IMG/VR virus record: IMGVR_UViG_3300049924_000369
Coordinates: 1-37,221 of that record
Length of the DNA stretch: 37,221 bases
From: a virus
Lineage: Duplodnaviria > Caudoviricetes
Direction: 5' to 3' (one strand)
In this document: positions 24,376-33,295 of the stretch, one piece after another
Numbering within the stretch: the first letter of the stretch is position 1
Layout of the letters: each line of letters begins with the position of its first letter
Translations under genes and position numbers: made by a program
Notes under the pieces: generated by a model
What the model saw: the letters and a program-made list of their open reading frames with translations, nothing else
Databases searched by the model: none
Told to the model about the DNA's origin: nothing

Positions 24376-24404
24376 TTGACACTGGCCCCTAGGTGGGCCA
24401 TACT
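24376..24404 (+). promoter_or_regulatory. sigma70-type promoter for the terminase/late operon
   Basis: TTGACA-17nt-CATACT; spacer inverted repeat TGGCCC-N6-GGGCCA; AT-rich tract upstream at 24331-24354. Confidence 0.65.
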
Positions 24405-24435
24405 ACAGGTGGTGTACTAGGACCAGTGAGACACT

Positions 24436-25233
24436 ATGGGTGTTGATGCCACCGCCCCCCTTGCCCCGGCTGGGGAACCAGGGCGAAACTCAGCTGACCC
24501 GGAGCCTATTTCGCAGGCGGCTGGTGGGGCTCCGACCCTTCCATCTGAGGCGCAACACCCTTCTTTCCTCGATCCTCCCGCGGGAACCCGCGACTCCCCG
24601 CGGGAAGCTGCGGCTCCCATATATAATAAGGATACGCAAGCGGCCTACGCTCCCTGGGGGCGGGCAATGGCGGGGGAAGCAGTGCCTTCCTCTGAGCCCA
24701 CTGAAATGCTTGCTGACGACGAGCTGGACCCACCCTCCACCGAGGCACCTCCCGACTTGCACCGGCTGCTGGCCTCCAGCGTCCTTCGCCTGAACCTCCT
24801 GAAGTGCGCCAGAGAGGGCCTCCCTGCCACCCAGGCCGCTGCCCGCGTGGGCTGCAACGTAGAGACGGCTCGCTACATCTACCGCGAGCCCTCTTTTAGG
24901 GAAGAAGCCCTTGGTGCTGTGAACAGGGCCTTCGCCGACCTAGACGCGGCCTTCCTGGCCGAAAAACGGTCGTGGGGCGAAGAACTGGAGCAACGTGCTT
25001 GGAAGTCCTTCGACGCCATCAACGAGCTGTTGGAAGGCGATGACCTCGCACCTTCTGTTAAGTTGCGTGCCCACGAAAAATTCCTTGACCGCATCGCTGC
25101 CTCTGCCCCTGTCCACAACGTCCGCCACGTCCCATTCGACGCCACCCAGCTTCGCCTTGCTGCCAGTGCAGCCGAGGAAATGGACAACGTAGTCCCCATC
25201 GCAGTGGGCAAAGGCCGGAGGAAAACCGGTTGA
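24436..25233 (+). CDS. terS: Terminase small subunit (true start may be ATG 24667 or 24706)
   Basis: HTH segment (GLPATQAAARVGCNVETARYIYREPSF) followed by helical segments ending VKLRAHEKFLDR; overlaps terL. Confidence 0.65.
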   Translation: MGVDATAPLAPAGEPGRNSADPEPISQAAGGAPTLPSEAQHPSFLDPPAGTRDSPREAAAPIYNKDTQAAYAPWGRAMAGEAVPSSEPTEMLADDELDPPSTEAPPDLHRLLASSVLRLNLLKCAREGLPATQAAARVGCNVETARYIYREPSFREEALGAVNRAFADLDAAFLAEKRSWGEELEQRAWKSFDAINELLEGDDLAPSVKLRAHEKFLDRIAASAPVHNVRHVPFDATQLRLAASAAEEMDNVVPIAVGKGRRKTG

Positions 25234-26891
25234 GCAACCTTATCCACCTAGCCTCCACTGGCAACGCCTCCTCTCTCATGCAGGACATTCGTGCCCGCTC
25301 CCTCTACAGTCTCTTCTACTTCTCCAAGGTCGTCCTTGGCTACCCACACATGGTACCCCACCTCCATGGCAAGCATTCTGAGTGGTTTCTTACTAACTGG
25401 GAAGAAGGCATAACCAAGCAGGGTATTGAGTTTCCTAGGGGCTTCTTCAAGACCTCCTTGTTCACAATTGGCGGCTCCATATGGTCCATTCTTCCACACA
25501 ACGACGAAGATGCAGCCTATGCCATTGCCCATCTCGAAGGCATGACCGAGGAGAAGTGGTTTCGCCGCATGAAGCTGCATGATCAGGATGCACGCCAGAT
25601 CCTAGCCTTCGAGACCATGGACAATGCCTCCCGTATGGTCCAGCGCATCAAGCTGCACTTCGAAGAAAACGACTTGTTTAGGGCTGCCTTCCCAGAGATA
25701 GCATACCAAGGAAAGGAGGCACCATGGAATAACATGTCGCTGCGAATACGCAGAGTGGGGTTTGCAAAACGTGAGACTGAGGGCACCTTCGACGCAATCG
25801 GGGTAGGTGGTGCCCTCCAGTCGCGGCACTATGACCGTGCATGGGAAGATGACCTTGTCGGTGAAAAAGCCCGCGACACCCGCTCCGTCATGGAAGACAC
25901 CATAGGCTGGCACCAACGCCTCGCAGGAGCCTTCAATCGTGGCGTTGACCAGACTCGCTTCCTCATCAGCAACAGGTGGGGCTACATGGATCTCAACTCG
26001 CACATTCGAGAACATGAGAAAGACTGGGATTGGCACACCGTTGCTGCCATGGAACTAGACTCTGACACCGGCGAGCTTGTCTCTACCTTCCCCGAAGAAT
26101 ACCCAATGTCCAAGCTCCTTGCCCTCAAAGAGTCCATGACTGACATAAACTTCAACTGTCAGTACATGAACTCACCACACATGCCTGGCGAAGACGAAGT
26201 TGGCCCTAAACTGCACTTCTACACAGTGGACAGGGAGCGGGGGCGCTTGGTGTGCAGCTGTGGCGCTTCTTGGTCCCCCAGGCAGATGCTTCGCTACATG
26301 AACTATGACCCCTACCAGAGTCGCAACACCTCCGTGAGCTGCCCAGCCCTCGTCGTAACAGGCACCACCGCTGACAAGCACATCATCCTCCTCCAAACCT
26401 GGACCCACCGTGGTTCCTACGCCGAAGTCTTTGACCAAATGTGGCGTATGAACGACGCTTGGAAGCCTCACTACTTTTCCTACGAAGATGTAGGCTCCCA
26501 AAACATGACAGAAGAGTACATCCGCAAGGCCCAGTCTGAAGCCACCTTCAACGACAAATACAAAACCAAAATCGTGAACATACAAAGGGACAAGCCGGGA
26601 GGCAAAGCCATGGAGCTTCGGGTTCGTGATCACCTCTTCCCAGTGCTAAGAGGTGTCTCTGGCACATTCGCATGTCATCGCAACCACCAAGCCTTCCTCC
26701 AACAACTTCAGACCTTCCCATTCCCGCATCACGCCCACGACTACGACATCTTAGATGCGCTTGCCTACGCGGCTCGCAGGTGGCGCTTTCCACTCCCCGA
26801 CGAGGCACTCCCACTTATCGAACAGGCCGACTCTGCTGCCATAGCAGCATACAGCAAACCCTATAGCCACATGGAGACTTTCACCTCATGA
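25230..26891 (+). CDS. terL: Terminase large subunit
   Basis: IEFPRGFFKTS (Walker A), LQSRHYDRAWEDDLV (Walker B), ISNRWGYMD, FNCQYMNSP, YDP, EDVGSQ, HDYDILDALAY; GGAGG SD before TTG. Confidence 0.92.
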   Translation: MSNLIHLASTGNASSLMQDIRARSLYSLFYFSKVVLGYPHMVPHLHGKHSEWFLTNWEEGITKQGIEFPRGFFKTSLFTIGGSIWSILPHNDEDAAYAIAHLEGMTEEKWFRRMKLHDQDARQILAFETMDNASRMVQRIKLHFEENDLFRAAFPEIAYQGKEAPWNNMSLRIRRVGFAKRETEGTFDAIGVGGALQSRHYDRAWEDDLVGEKARDTRSVMEDTIGWHQRLAGAFNRGVDQTRFLISNRWGYMDLNSHIREHEKDWDWHTVAAMELDSDTGELVSTFPEEYPMSKLLALKESMTDINFNCQYMNSPHMPGEDEVGPKLHFYTVDRERGRLVCSCGASWSPRQMLRYMNYDPYQSRNTSVSCPALVVTGTTADKHIILLQTWTHRGSYAEVFDQMWRMNDAWKPHYFSYEDVGSQNMTEEYIRKAQSEATFNDKYKTKIVNIQRDKPGGKAMELRVRDHLFPVLRGVSGTFACHRNHQAFLQQLQTFPFPHHAHDYDILDALAYAARRWRFPLPDEALPLIEQADSAAIAAYSKPYSHMETFTS

Positions 26892-27241
26892 AATCCCTTT
26901 CCGTTCTTTTCTTCTTGGCCGCAAGCGTGGGCTGGGCTCAACAACCCATAGTTGATGTGGCTACTGGGACCCGTTGCACTGCTGTTTTCTTCCCTACAGC
27001 TGGAGCTTCTGAAGTACAGATAGATTGCGTCATCGCTACCAAGCCCGCCGTCAGTACCAAGATGGCTATCGGTGCTGGCTCCCCACTCATCGGGCTCACC
27101 TCTGGCCTAGTCCTTTCCTTCACCAACAACATTGACAGTGTCACCTTTCTACTGAAGCGGGCCAGCGCCACAGCCCAACTCAGCATCGATGTCGCCGTCA
27201 ACGGCGTCGCACAACCCACCAAACTAGTAACGGTACCCTAA
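26888..27241 (+). CDS. Exported beta-rich protein with signal peptide
   Basis: MKSLSVLFFLAASVGWA|QQ; two Cys in the mature part; ATGA overlap with terL. Confidence 0.7.
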   Translation: MKSLSVLFFLAASVGWAQQPIVDVATGTRCTAVFFPTAGASEVQIDCVIATKPAVSTKMAIGAGSPLIGLTSGLVLSFTNNIDSVTFLLKRASATAQLSIDVAVNGVAQPTKLVTVP

Positions 27242-27242
27242 C

Positions 27243-27596
27243 ATGTCATTCACCAAAACTCTTCTCCTTCTCATCTTTGCAGCAGTTGGTGGTTGGGGAC
27301 TTGACCTCACTCAGTATGTTAGTGCGCGTGCCATTGCCATCACTAACACTATCACTACTCCTATCTACTGCCCGCTCAAGGACGCCACCACCGTCCAAGT
27401 TTACATCCGACCAAGCTCGACAGCTCAGATCTTCACACTGACTTTCCCAGACAACACCACAGTCGAAGTACCAAGTGGCAACAACTTCACCCTTCGAATC
27501 AGTGCAGGCATGAAAGTCACCGACGTGATATTCAGTGCCCAGACAGCAACTAGTGGAGCAGTCCTTCAGGTAGTGGGGTTCAAGGAGCAAAAGTAA
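27243..27596 (+). CDS. Exported beta-sandwich-like protein with signal peptide
   Basis: MSFTKTLLLLIFAAVGGWG|LD; Thr-rich beta pattern. Confidence 0.7.
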   Translation: MSFTKTLLLLIFAAVGGWGLDLTQYVSARAIAITNTITTPIYCPLKDATTVQVYIRPSSTAQIFTLTFPDNTTVEVPSGNNFTLRISAGMKVTDVIFSAQTATSGAVLQVVGFKEQK

Positions 27597-28618
27597 TGTT
27601 TAACCCACGCCTCTGTGCCTTTCTCCTGCTCATCTGCACACTTACCCTGATACTAACAGGACAGAATGGTGCCCACGTCACTGGCATTGGAGCTAATGCC
27701 TCTGGTGGAGGCGGAGGTGGCGGAGTCACCGGAAGTAGTGACCTTACCCTTACCATTGCAGGTACCGACGCCATCGTTAATACTGCTCTCGTCGCTGACA
27801 CTGACATGCACCAGCGCGGCCTTCCTTATCAGTGCCGGTCCACGACAGGGAATGATACCTATGTGTGCGCCCTGAACACGGCTCTGACAGCCTACACACG
27901 AGGAACTTGTCTGACTCTCGACGCAGACACAGCAAATACTGGAGCGGCTTCTGTTAATGTAGACACCTTGGGAGCCGCCACGATTCTCACTCACAGCGGA
28001 GCCACTCCTGCTAATGGTGACATCCCTGCCAACATCCCCACTAAGATCTGTCACAATGGCACGAACTTTTACATTGTGGGTGACGGTGGAGGAAGCACCT
28101 CTCCAGTGAGCAGCGTATGGCGACCGTTTGGCCCTATAACTGCAACTGGAGCGCACATAGGCACAATCGGTAGTGCTAATGCAACTATCTACATGCAGCT
28201 TCCTAATGAAGCTCCACGCTCTGCGACTACTATTAAAACTTATCTGTTTTCTTCTGGTAATGGGACTGGAAATATGTCATGGGCGGTTCTAGATACCTCT
28301 TGCAACTTGATTCAATCTACAACCACAATTCCTACTCCAGCAAATGATGCCTTAGGTACCTGGACATTCTCTCCTACTGTTACAATTCCTGCTGGTGGCT
28401 GGCTGGCCCTTACATCTGATACAGCAGCAAATAATATCTACGCTGCCTCGACTTTTGCAACTGGCGACCAGCAAGTTGCCAATGATGGGCTTGATGGCAC
28501 GACTTTTCCATTTTTCACGGGTAATTCCTCAACAGGAACAACAACTCTTACATTTTCTTCAACCTGTGGAACAAGGACAACAAGAACAGCTCTTTTGCCG
28601 TATGTGATGATCCGATGA
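27596..28618 (+). CDS. Tail-fibre-like protein with signal peptide
   Basis: Hydrophobic leader, Gly linkers, and the common fibre module ...TAYTRG...ANTGAASVNVDTLGAATI...GDI...NGTNF. Confidence 0.7.
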   Translation: MFNPRLCAFLLLICTLTLILTGQNGAHVTGIGANASGGGGGGGVTGSSDLTLTIAGTDAIVNTALVADTDMHQRGLPYQCRSTTGNDTYVCALNTALTAYTRGTCLTLDADTANTGAASVNVDTLGAATILTHSGATPANGDIPANIPTKICHNGTNFYIVGDGGGSTSPVSSVWRPFGPITATGAHIGTIGSANATIYMQLPNEAPRSATTIKTYLFSSGNGTGNMSWAVLDTSCNLIQSTTTIPTPANDALGTWTFSPTVTIPAGGWLALTSDTAANNIYAASTFATGDQQVANDGLDGTTFPFFTGNSSTGTTTLTFSSTCGTRTTRTALLPYVMIR

Positions 28619-31600
28619 AGTTATTAATCGCAGCACTATTGACGACAACAGCCTGGGCGGGCCAGTCTCTAGTGGTGGAGACAGGCTCTGCCTTTACCTT
28701 TGTTGACCCGACTATTGCGCAAGGGCAGTCGTGGCGTGTTGAGTTTCAGCTTCATGCTCTGGCGGCTCCTGGTACTGACACTCCATTCGTGGAAGCTGCT
28801 GGAACCGGGCTGCTGATTGTCTATACTGCGGCTGGCAATATAGAGATTACCAATTACAGAGGCACGTTGAGTCCTGCTGAGCCCCTTCGCCTGTCTGTAG
28901 TGGGCAGCACCAATGTCCTAATCAGGTGCCAACGCAACCTCACATCCAGTCTTTTCACCTGCGAGAAGTGGGACTACAACGGGACTGGCTATGTTTCAGA
29001 CTCAGCTACTATCGTCACTAACCCTGCCTACAGCAACTCTGGCGGCTCCATAGGCGGACTTGGCATCGACATTGGTTTCTTTCGTGTTTTCACAACCCTT
29101 GTTCCATTGAGATCCAAGCCACCGACGACAGCAGGTGGAGGTGACTGGACTGAGCTAAAGTTCGATGGCAATGGCACTGATAGCAGTGGAAACTCTCACA
29201 CAGCTACTCTTTCTGGGGCAACCTATGCCAGCACTCCCAACCAAGCTCCTTTTGCCTGTATTGAGACCTTGAATGCTCCAGTGTGGATGGTCTCAGTCCC
29301 CTTCAGAGCAGGACATCTAGGGCAGCTCGATGGCACTTGCAGCTACTCCATGATTGATGCGTCTGACACAGTTACCTACTTCTGGCAGCAGCTTGACGGT
29401 CCCACAACACTGGTGTGGTCAAGTAGGACAAACTCACAGCCCACAGTAACTGGAGCAATCTTTGGCTCCTACACAATTCAACTAACAGTTACTGACACTG
29501 CTGGTACACTTGCAGTTACTCCCTTGGCAGTTGGAGCCGTAGCAACTGATTCCAATTCTGTGGTTGTGTACCCAGACGATCGGTTGTATCCAATTCTCGG
29601 TCACAGGAAGAAGTTCGGCTCCCATCCATGGGAGTGGGCTGATGAGCGGAACCTTTTCACCTTTGACATTATTGCTGATCGCTACGAAGTCAACGGAGGG
29701 ACGTTCAAGTTTGAAGAATACGCCCCTGTACACAACAGTGTTGTCCCAGCCGGGACAGCTTATGTAACCAGTGGGAGCAACAAAATTTTCGGTGTTGGCA
29801 CAAACTTCTGCACTTTCTTCTGTGGTGCCTCCACTTGTGCTAACTTGCAGCTAGACGGGGCCACCGAGTTGTTTGCCATGATCGACATACCTCGTGAGCA
29901 TCCAGATGGCCCAACTGCTCCTCCCCTAAGGTATCCGAGGCGTCTTGCCTCATGCGAATCACAGACTGAAGTAACAATGGTCTCAGGCTACACATGGGAC
30001 AAGCCGACAGTTTCTTCTCCAGGGTTTGCATGGACTGCTACAGGCTTCTGTTCTGGGGCTACCTGCGGAGACTGGACCACACCTGCTGGCGCAGGCAATG
30101 GCAATGATAACTACTACGACAACAGCTTAGCCCTGTATTCGCACTGGTATGGAAGTGGAAGTGCCAAGGCCCGCGACAGTGCTAGGTGGCTGGCTGATCA
30201 ATACTCAAGAGGACAGGAAGTATACAATGGTCTTTCGCAGCCGCGCTTCTGGTCCCTTTTTGGCTCATTTATTCGGGCAACAGCAGATTCTTCATCCATC
30301 ACTACGTATCCAAGCCGTTGGAGCATGCTTCGTGACTTCGTAGACTACTGCGTAGCTAACCAGTTCACACCCACTGGAACCTTTTTCGATCAACGTGAGC
30401 TTGCCTATTGCCTGTGGTACTCTGCATTGGCCGCTCGCCTCGACCCTGATAATACTGAACGGTCTTCTCATCTCACTGCCCTGACGAATGCGTGGTCCGC
30501 AAAGTTTTCCTCTACAGACAACCAGCATCCAACTGGATACTGGCGAAGCAACCAGTACTCTCCTCAATCTACAATTGTCCTTCAGATGAGCCAAGGCAGT
30601 GCCAATGTCACCCGCGCGGCTGGTGCGTCAATCCCCACAGATTTCTGTGGAACAACTGTTACTTCTACGGGCACAATCTCCATCGATACAGACAAAGTAA
30701 CTGTTACAGGGTCAGGCACTACCTTTACAGGCACAACAGGCAAGATTATCTACTTGCGTGGGACCATTGACGGAGGAACGCCTTGGTCCCAAGTCTCTCG
30801 TGTTGCCTCAGTTGGGAGTGCAACAAGTATGACCTTGACACTGCCATGGCGTGGTGACCAAGGAAGCGTCACCACTCAGTGGAAGATTATCAATGAGGAC
30901 AGCATCCCAGGCGGCACTGGACCGCACACCTTCTACTTCAAAAGTGGCCTCTCGGCAGAAGACTTTGGTGATCCTGACCGTGACAACTGGTACTTCTGCA
31001 CAGTGACCGATGGTAATAACTTAGTCTTGGATAAACCCTACACGGGAGTGACTTCAAGTAACGCCTATCGTCGAGCGTCCTCCTACTATCCAGCAGGATA
31101 CTCACAGCCCTTCATGGATGGCTTGATGGCCCAAGGACTTTACGCTGCTTACGATGCCTTTACCAATGCAGGCGATACTACGATGGCAGCCAATTACAAA
31201 ACAGCCGCTGACAACACAGTGACGGCATTGTGGACCACTGGTCGTGACATCTCCAATAAAGGCTTCTTCTACTTCGTTGGCAATTCGGCCTGCAAGAACC
31301 TCTCAATCGTACCAAACGAGTGTCAACCTAGTGATCCTGCTCGTGATTATGTAGTAGAGGCTGTAGGGGCATTTGCTGAGAAGTATAGACTCTCAGGCAG
31401 CGGTACTGATCTTACACGCCTAGAAACCATCGCAACAGACCTTTTTGCATTCACAGGCTTCACATCGCCAGTGGCGGGTGATGGCACAGTTGCCACCTTA
31501 CTGACAACCAGTGGCTTTCTAACAGGCTATAAGTCCAAATACTTCGGCCAAGCCTTTGGTGCTGGACGTGGCTACACTGCTGGTGGAGATTATGCAGGCG

Positions 31601-31860
31601 GAGTCGCACCAGCTTCCCCCGTCCTCCTCTCCATTCCCATACCATCTTGGCCTCTTCCCAAGTACAGCACTTCCGCCAAGCTACGCGCCACTGTCACAGC
31701 CCCCAACTCCACTACCACTTTAATCACTTGCACGTCCAATCCGTGCAACATTTCGCTAGACATGAGGCAGGGTAGCCACCTTCTTCAAATCTTCATCCTT
31801 ACATCTTCTGACGCTGTCATTGCCACAGGCAAACCACAGAAGATAAACCTTCCACTCTAA
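28615..31860 (+). CDS. Large exported multidomain protein (LamG-like, PKD/Ig-like, fibre-like beta inserts, helical region); possible receptor-binding or glycan-active protein
   Basis: MKLLIAALLTTTAWA|GQ; KFDGNGTDSSGNSHT; LDGTCSY...TYFWQQLDGP...GSYTIQLTVTD; GTISIDTDKVTVTGSGTTFT. Confidence 0.7.
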   Translation: MKLLIAALLTTTAWAGQSLVVETGSAFTFVDPTIAQGQSWRVEFQLHALAAPGTDTPFVEAAGTGLLIVYTAAGNIEITNYRGTLSPAEPLRLSVVGSTNVLIRCQRNLTSSLFTCEKWDYNGTGYVSDSATIVTNPAYSNSGGSIGGLGIDIGFFRVFTTLVPLRSKPPTTAGGGDWTELKFDGNGTDSSGNSHTATLSGATYASTPNQAPFACIETLNAPVWMVSVPFRAGHLGQLDGTCSYSMIDASDTVTYFWQQLDGPTTLVWSSRTNSQPTVTGAIFGSYTIQLTVTDTAGTLAVTPLAVGAVATDSNSVVVYPDDRLYPILGHRKKFGSHPWEWADERNLFTFDIIADRYEVNGGTFKFEEYAPVHNSVVPAGTAYVTSGSNKIFGVGTNFCTFFCGASTCANLQLDGATELFAMIDIPREHPDGPTAPPLRYPRRLASCESQTEVTMVSGYTWDKPTVSSPGFAWTATGFCSGATCGDWTTPAGAGNGNDNYYDNSLALYSHWYGSGSAKARDSARWLADQYSRGQEVYNGLSQPRFWSLFGSFIRATADSSSITTYPSRWSMLRDFVDYCVANQFTPTGTFFDQRELAYCLWYSALAARLDPDNTERSSHLTALTNAWSAKFSSTDNQHPTGYWRSNQYSPQSTIVLQMSQGSANVTRAAGASIPTDFCGTTVTSTGTISIDTDKVTVTGSGTTFTGTTGKIIYLRGTIDGGTPWSQVSRVASVGSATSMTLTLPWRGDQGSVTTQWKIINEDSIPGGTGPHTFYFKSGLSAEDFGDPDRDNWYFCTVTDGNNLVLDKPYTGVTSSNAYRRASSYYPAGYSQPFMDGLMAQGLYAAYDAFTNAGDTTMAANYKTAADNTVTALWTTGRDISNKGFFYFVGNSACKNLSIVPNECQPSDPARDYVVEAVGAFAEKYRLSGSGTDLTRLETIATDLFAFTGFTSPVAGDGTVATLLTTSGFLTGYKSKYFGQAFGAGRGYTAGGDYAGGVAPASPVLLSIPIPSWPLPKYSTSAKLRATVTAPNSTTTLITCTSNPCNISLDMRQGSHLLQIFILTSSDAVIATGKPQKINLPL

Positions 31861-31890
31861 CGTCAAGTAACGTCAGGGAGAGAACTGAGC

Positions 31891-32409
31891 GTGACTGAAA
31901 TCCTACTCCACCGAGTCTACATAGACGAGGACTTATACCTCTTCTACAGCCTCGTTGTCTATCCTTTGATGTTGCTATACTCAATGACAGAAAAGGTAAT
32001 AAAGCAAGTTGGACGATTTTTTCTTCCTCTCTTTGTCACAATAAAGAGAGGAGTGTATGAGGACAACTATATACTACTGGAGCTGGTATGCGGCTGGACC
32101 TGCCTTCTGTTTGCTGTCATGCTTTGCACGAAGGCATCGTTGTTCCCACCACTACTCAACACTAGTTTTCGACCATTTTGGATCGTAGGAGCTGCCACTA
32201 TGGGCGTACTTCAGCTTGTTTCTGTTGCCAGTTTGAGCCGGTCTGCCCGCACTGATGTTGCTGCCATAGTTTTTAGCGTCATAATCTCAGCCATGGGCGG
32301 CCTTCTCACCTCCAATGGCCTTACTATCCTGCACTATCTCTTTGGTCCTTTCATTGTTGTGTATTTCTTTTCCATCTTTGGAATGATGCGTGAGGGCCAT
32401 GGAGAATGA
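31891..32409 (+). CDS. Multi-pass membrane protein (possible lysis/holin-associated)
   Basis: Four to five hydrophobic helices; GGGAG SD before GTG. Confidence 0.6.
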   Translation: MTEILLHRVYIDEDLYLFYSLVVYPLMLLYSMTEKVIKQVGRFFLPLFVTIKRGVYEDNYILLELVCGWTCLLFAVMLCTKASLFPPLLNTSFRPFWIVGAATMGVLQLVSVASLSRSARTDVAAIVFSVIISAMGGLLTSNGLTILHYLFGPFIVVYFFSIFGMMREGHGE

Positions 32410-32782
32410 AACTCTTAAGGGGACAGCCCCATGGGGCGTACTGGCGGCTGTTCTATCTGCCTTTTTTGTCTTCATCAACAGGTGGTATGGGAAGAGAATC
32501 GAAGGAGACGTGGCCAGTGCAAAGCAAGTTGGCACGGAGCGGCTTGAATACATTGAGCAGCTCAAAGAGATCAGAACAGAGCGCAAGGACGAGATCACTC
32601 GGCTCTACACACGTATTAGGGAATTGGAGACTCGTGTCAACGAAGTCTGGGAGTTGTATACCAAGTCCGAAATGGCCCGACTCCCACTCATTCGCACTGT
32701 CGCTGAACAGGAAGAGCGAATTGCAAACCTAGTAGTGCAAGTTGAAGAGCTGAAGAAGGGCGCGAAACGAGGTGAAGCATGA
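32399..32782 (+). CDS. N-terminal TM plus coiled-coil protein (holin-like/lysis accessory)
   Basis: WGVLAAVLSAFFVFINRWY followed by heptad repeats. Confidence 0.6.
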   Translation: MENETLKGTAPWGVLAAVLSAFFVFINRWYGKRIEGDVASAKQVGTERLEYIEQLKEIRTERKDEITRLYTRIRELETRVNEVWELYTKSEMARLPLIRTVAEQEERIANLVVQVEELKKGAKRGEA

Positions 32783-33042
32783 AAAAGTGGCTAAAAATTG
32801 CTGGGTTGAGCATGGGCATAGTGGCAGGAGGAGAGGTAGCAGAGATGATAGAGCACGGCAAGTTACCAGTTCCACTTCCTCCCATCGTGGCCCGAGCCGC
32901 TTCTGCTGGACTTCTCGTCGGCGTGGCTGCCCTTAAGGTGCAACGAGACAAGGACAAACGTGAGATTGAATCACTTCGTAACGTCGTCACCATTCTGCAT
33001 GAAGAGGTGAAGACAACCAGAGACGATAACCTTTCACAATAG
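32779..33042 (+). CDS. Small membrane protein (possible holin)
   Basis: GAGGTGA SD; two hydrophobic segments and a charged C-terminus. Confidence 0.5.
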   Translation: MKKWLKIAGLSMGIVAGGEVAEMIEHGKLPVPLPPIVARAASAGLLVGVAALKVQRDKDKREIESLRNVVTILHEEVKTTRDDNLSQ

Positions 33043-33051
33043 GAGAAAGAA

Positions 33052-33285
33052 ATGGAAAAATTCATGATCATTGCCCGCATCTTGGCAGTCCTGCCAGGAC
33101 TTATCAGAATGGCCGACGAAGCCATTCCTGGACCACAGCGTGGGCTTGAGAAGTTGGCCCTCGTCATAGAGTGGATCTTGGAACTAGTGCCAGAGGCTAG
33201 CCGATTCGAGGCTATCATCAAGCGCCTTATTGCCATCTTCATCAGCGGGCAGAAGGCTGCTGCGACAACCGCACCTCCACAGTAG
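33052..33285 (+). CDS. Hypothetical amphipathic helical protein
   Basis: AGGAGA SD; GPQRGLEKLALV motif. Confidence 0.6.
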   Translation: MEKFMIIARILAVLPGLIRMADEAIPGPQRGLEKLALVIEWILELVPEASRFEAIIKRLIAIFISGQKAAATTAPPQ

Positions 33286-33295
33286 GAGATACAGA

